Below are positions 62,993 through 64,000 of a stretch of DNA of 64,000 bases, one piece after another. The stretch comes from Acidimicrobiales bacterium (lineage in GTDB: Bacteria; Actinomycetota; Acidimicrobiia; Acidimicrobiales; SZUA-35): positions 23,003 to 87,002 of the forward strand of contig JAHDCV010000006.1 in NCBI GenBank assembly GCA_020629695.1, read 5' to 3'. Below the pieces are notes generated by a model. It made no database searches. It was given only the letters and a program-made list of their open reading frames with translations, and was not told where the DNA came from. Every line of letters starts with the position of its first letter. Position 1 is the first letter of the stretch. The translations under genes were made by a program, and so were the position numbers.

Positions 62993-63655
62993 CTACCGGC
63001 GGTCGGCCGCGTAGATGATCAGTCGCTCCATCACGTCGTCGCCGGCCGCGGCGACGTTGCCGGCGTCGAATGGCGGCTGCGGGTCGTACTCGATCATGAG
63101 TTGCATCGCCTTCGCCGCGACCTCGTCCACGAGGAGCTCGCTCAGGCGGAGCGCCATGTCGATCCCGCTCGAGACGCCCGCGGCCGTGATCACCCTGGCA
63201 GCGAGATGCTCGACCACACGTGTTCCGGTCGGTGTTGCGCCGAAGGCCGCGATGCGGTCGTAGGCGGACCAGTGCGTGGTCGCCTCGAGGCCATCGAGCA
63301 ACCCGGCCGCACCGAGCACCTCCGACCCCGTGCAGACCGAGGTGGTGAATCTCGTCGTGTCGTGGGCGGACCGGACCCAGTCGATGATCGGGCTGGCCTG
63401 GGCGGTCAGTGTGCGGGTGCCGAATCCTCCGGGCACGACGATCACATCGGGGTCGGGGAGGTCGTCGAGGGTCGCATCGACCATCAGCCCGAGGAAGCCG
63501 TTGTCGGTCCGGACCTCGCCGGTCTCGACCCCGACGAAGGTGACGCTCGAGCCGGGCAGGCGTTGCAGCACCTCGTAGGGCCCGATGGCGTCGAGGGCCG
63601 TCATGTGTTCGAAGAGCGGGATGGCGATGCGGAGCGGTGCGGGCGTGTCGGTCAT
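62993..63655 (-). CDS. DJ-1/PfpI family protein
   Basis: LDAIGPYEVL, VVPGG, SVCTG (catalytic Cys), ATTHW, TAAGVSSGID, IEYDPQPPF. Confidence 0.92.
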   Translation of the reverse strand: MTDTPAPLRIAIPLFEHMTALDAIGPYEVLQRLPGSSVTFVGVETGEVRTDNGFLGLMVDATLDDLPDPDVIVVPGGFGTRTLTAQASPIIDWVRSAHDTTRFTTSVCTGSEVLGAAGLLDGLEATTHWSAYDRIAAFGATPTGTRVVEHLAARVITAAGVSSGIDMALRLSELLVDEVAAKAMQLMIEYDPQPPFDAGNVAAAGDDVMERLIIYAADRR

Positions 63656-63999
63656 GACGAGGTCTCCTGGAGTCGGAAGCGATTGCGGTAGTGGTCGGGG
63701 CTGACGCCGAGGCGCCGGACGAATGCCCGCCGCATGGTCTCGGCCGTTCCGAAGCCGGCATGGCGAGCGATCGCCTCCACGCCGGCTGGTGTTCGTTCGA
63801 GTTGGTTCCTGGCGACCGAGATCCGGATGTGTTCGAGATAGCGAGCCGGAGATTCGCCGACCTCGGCGCGGAAGCGGCGGCTGAAGTTCCGCTCGGACAT
63901 GCCCACTTCGGTGGCCAAGCGGTCGACCGACCACGACGCGGACGGGTCTCGATGCATGAGCTGCTTCGCCTCGCTGATCGGCTCGGTCTCGGCCGCTTC
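63652..63999 (-). CDS. GlxA/AraC-family regulator, C-terminal HTH part (5' end outside window)
   Basis: LATEVGMSERNFSRRF, IARHAGFGTAETMRRAF..LGVSP..YR; frame is open to the window edge. Confidence 0.88.
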   Translation of the reverse strand, partial: EAAETEPISEAKQLMHRDPSASWSVDRLATEVGMSERNFSRRFRAEVGESPARYLEHIRISVARNQLERTPAGVEAIARHAGFGTAETMRRAFVRRLGVSPDHYRNRFRLQETSS

Positions 64000-64000
64000 G

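Overview
High-GC actinobacterial chromosomal segment, most consistent with Acidimicrobiia (inferred from gene content, not proven). It is densely coding, with about 75 real CDSs and two tRNAs. I saw no integrase, transposase, phage gene or CRISPR array. Main content: a FenA/Prim-PolC/LigC repair neighbourhood; pccB-accE, meaA and hbd (acyl-CoA/ethylmalonyl-CoA metabolism); ask-asd; tRNA-Pro(CGG); an ArsA/GET3 ATPase pair, NfeD and WhiB; a dispersed selenocysteine machinery (selA-selB, serS, selC; no selD and no recognisable selenoprotein in the window); an ECF sigma/anti-sigma pair between two CmpX/MscS-like genes; mrp-iscA beside a shortened xanthine-oxidase-family protein; a nitrogen cluster (gdh, glnR, glnA2, glnII, nadE); a MerR/SoxR-type promoter with a truncated merR remnant; a class D beta-lactamase-like lipoprotein; a group 2 sigma-70; and a Tad/Flp pilus locus. 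Best leads for new biology: the miniaturised Fe-S/molybdoenzyme-like protein, the ECF-CmpX cassette, the ligC-coupled HIT gene, several probable pseudoenzymes and two structured C-rich intergenic regions. Most long ORFs in the supplied track are antisense shadows. All product calls come from motif recognition by eye; no searches were run.
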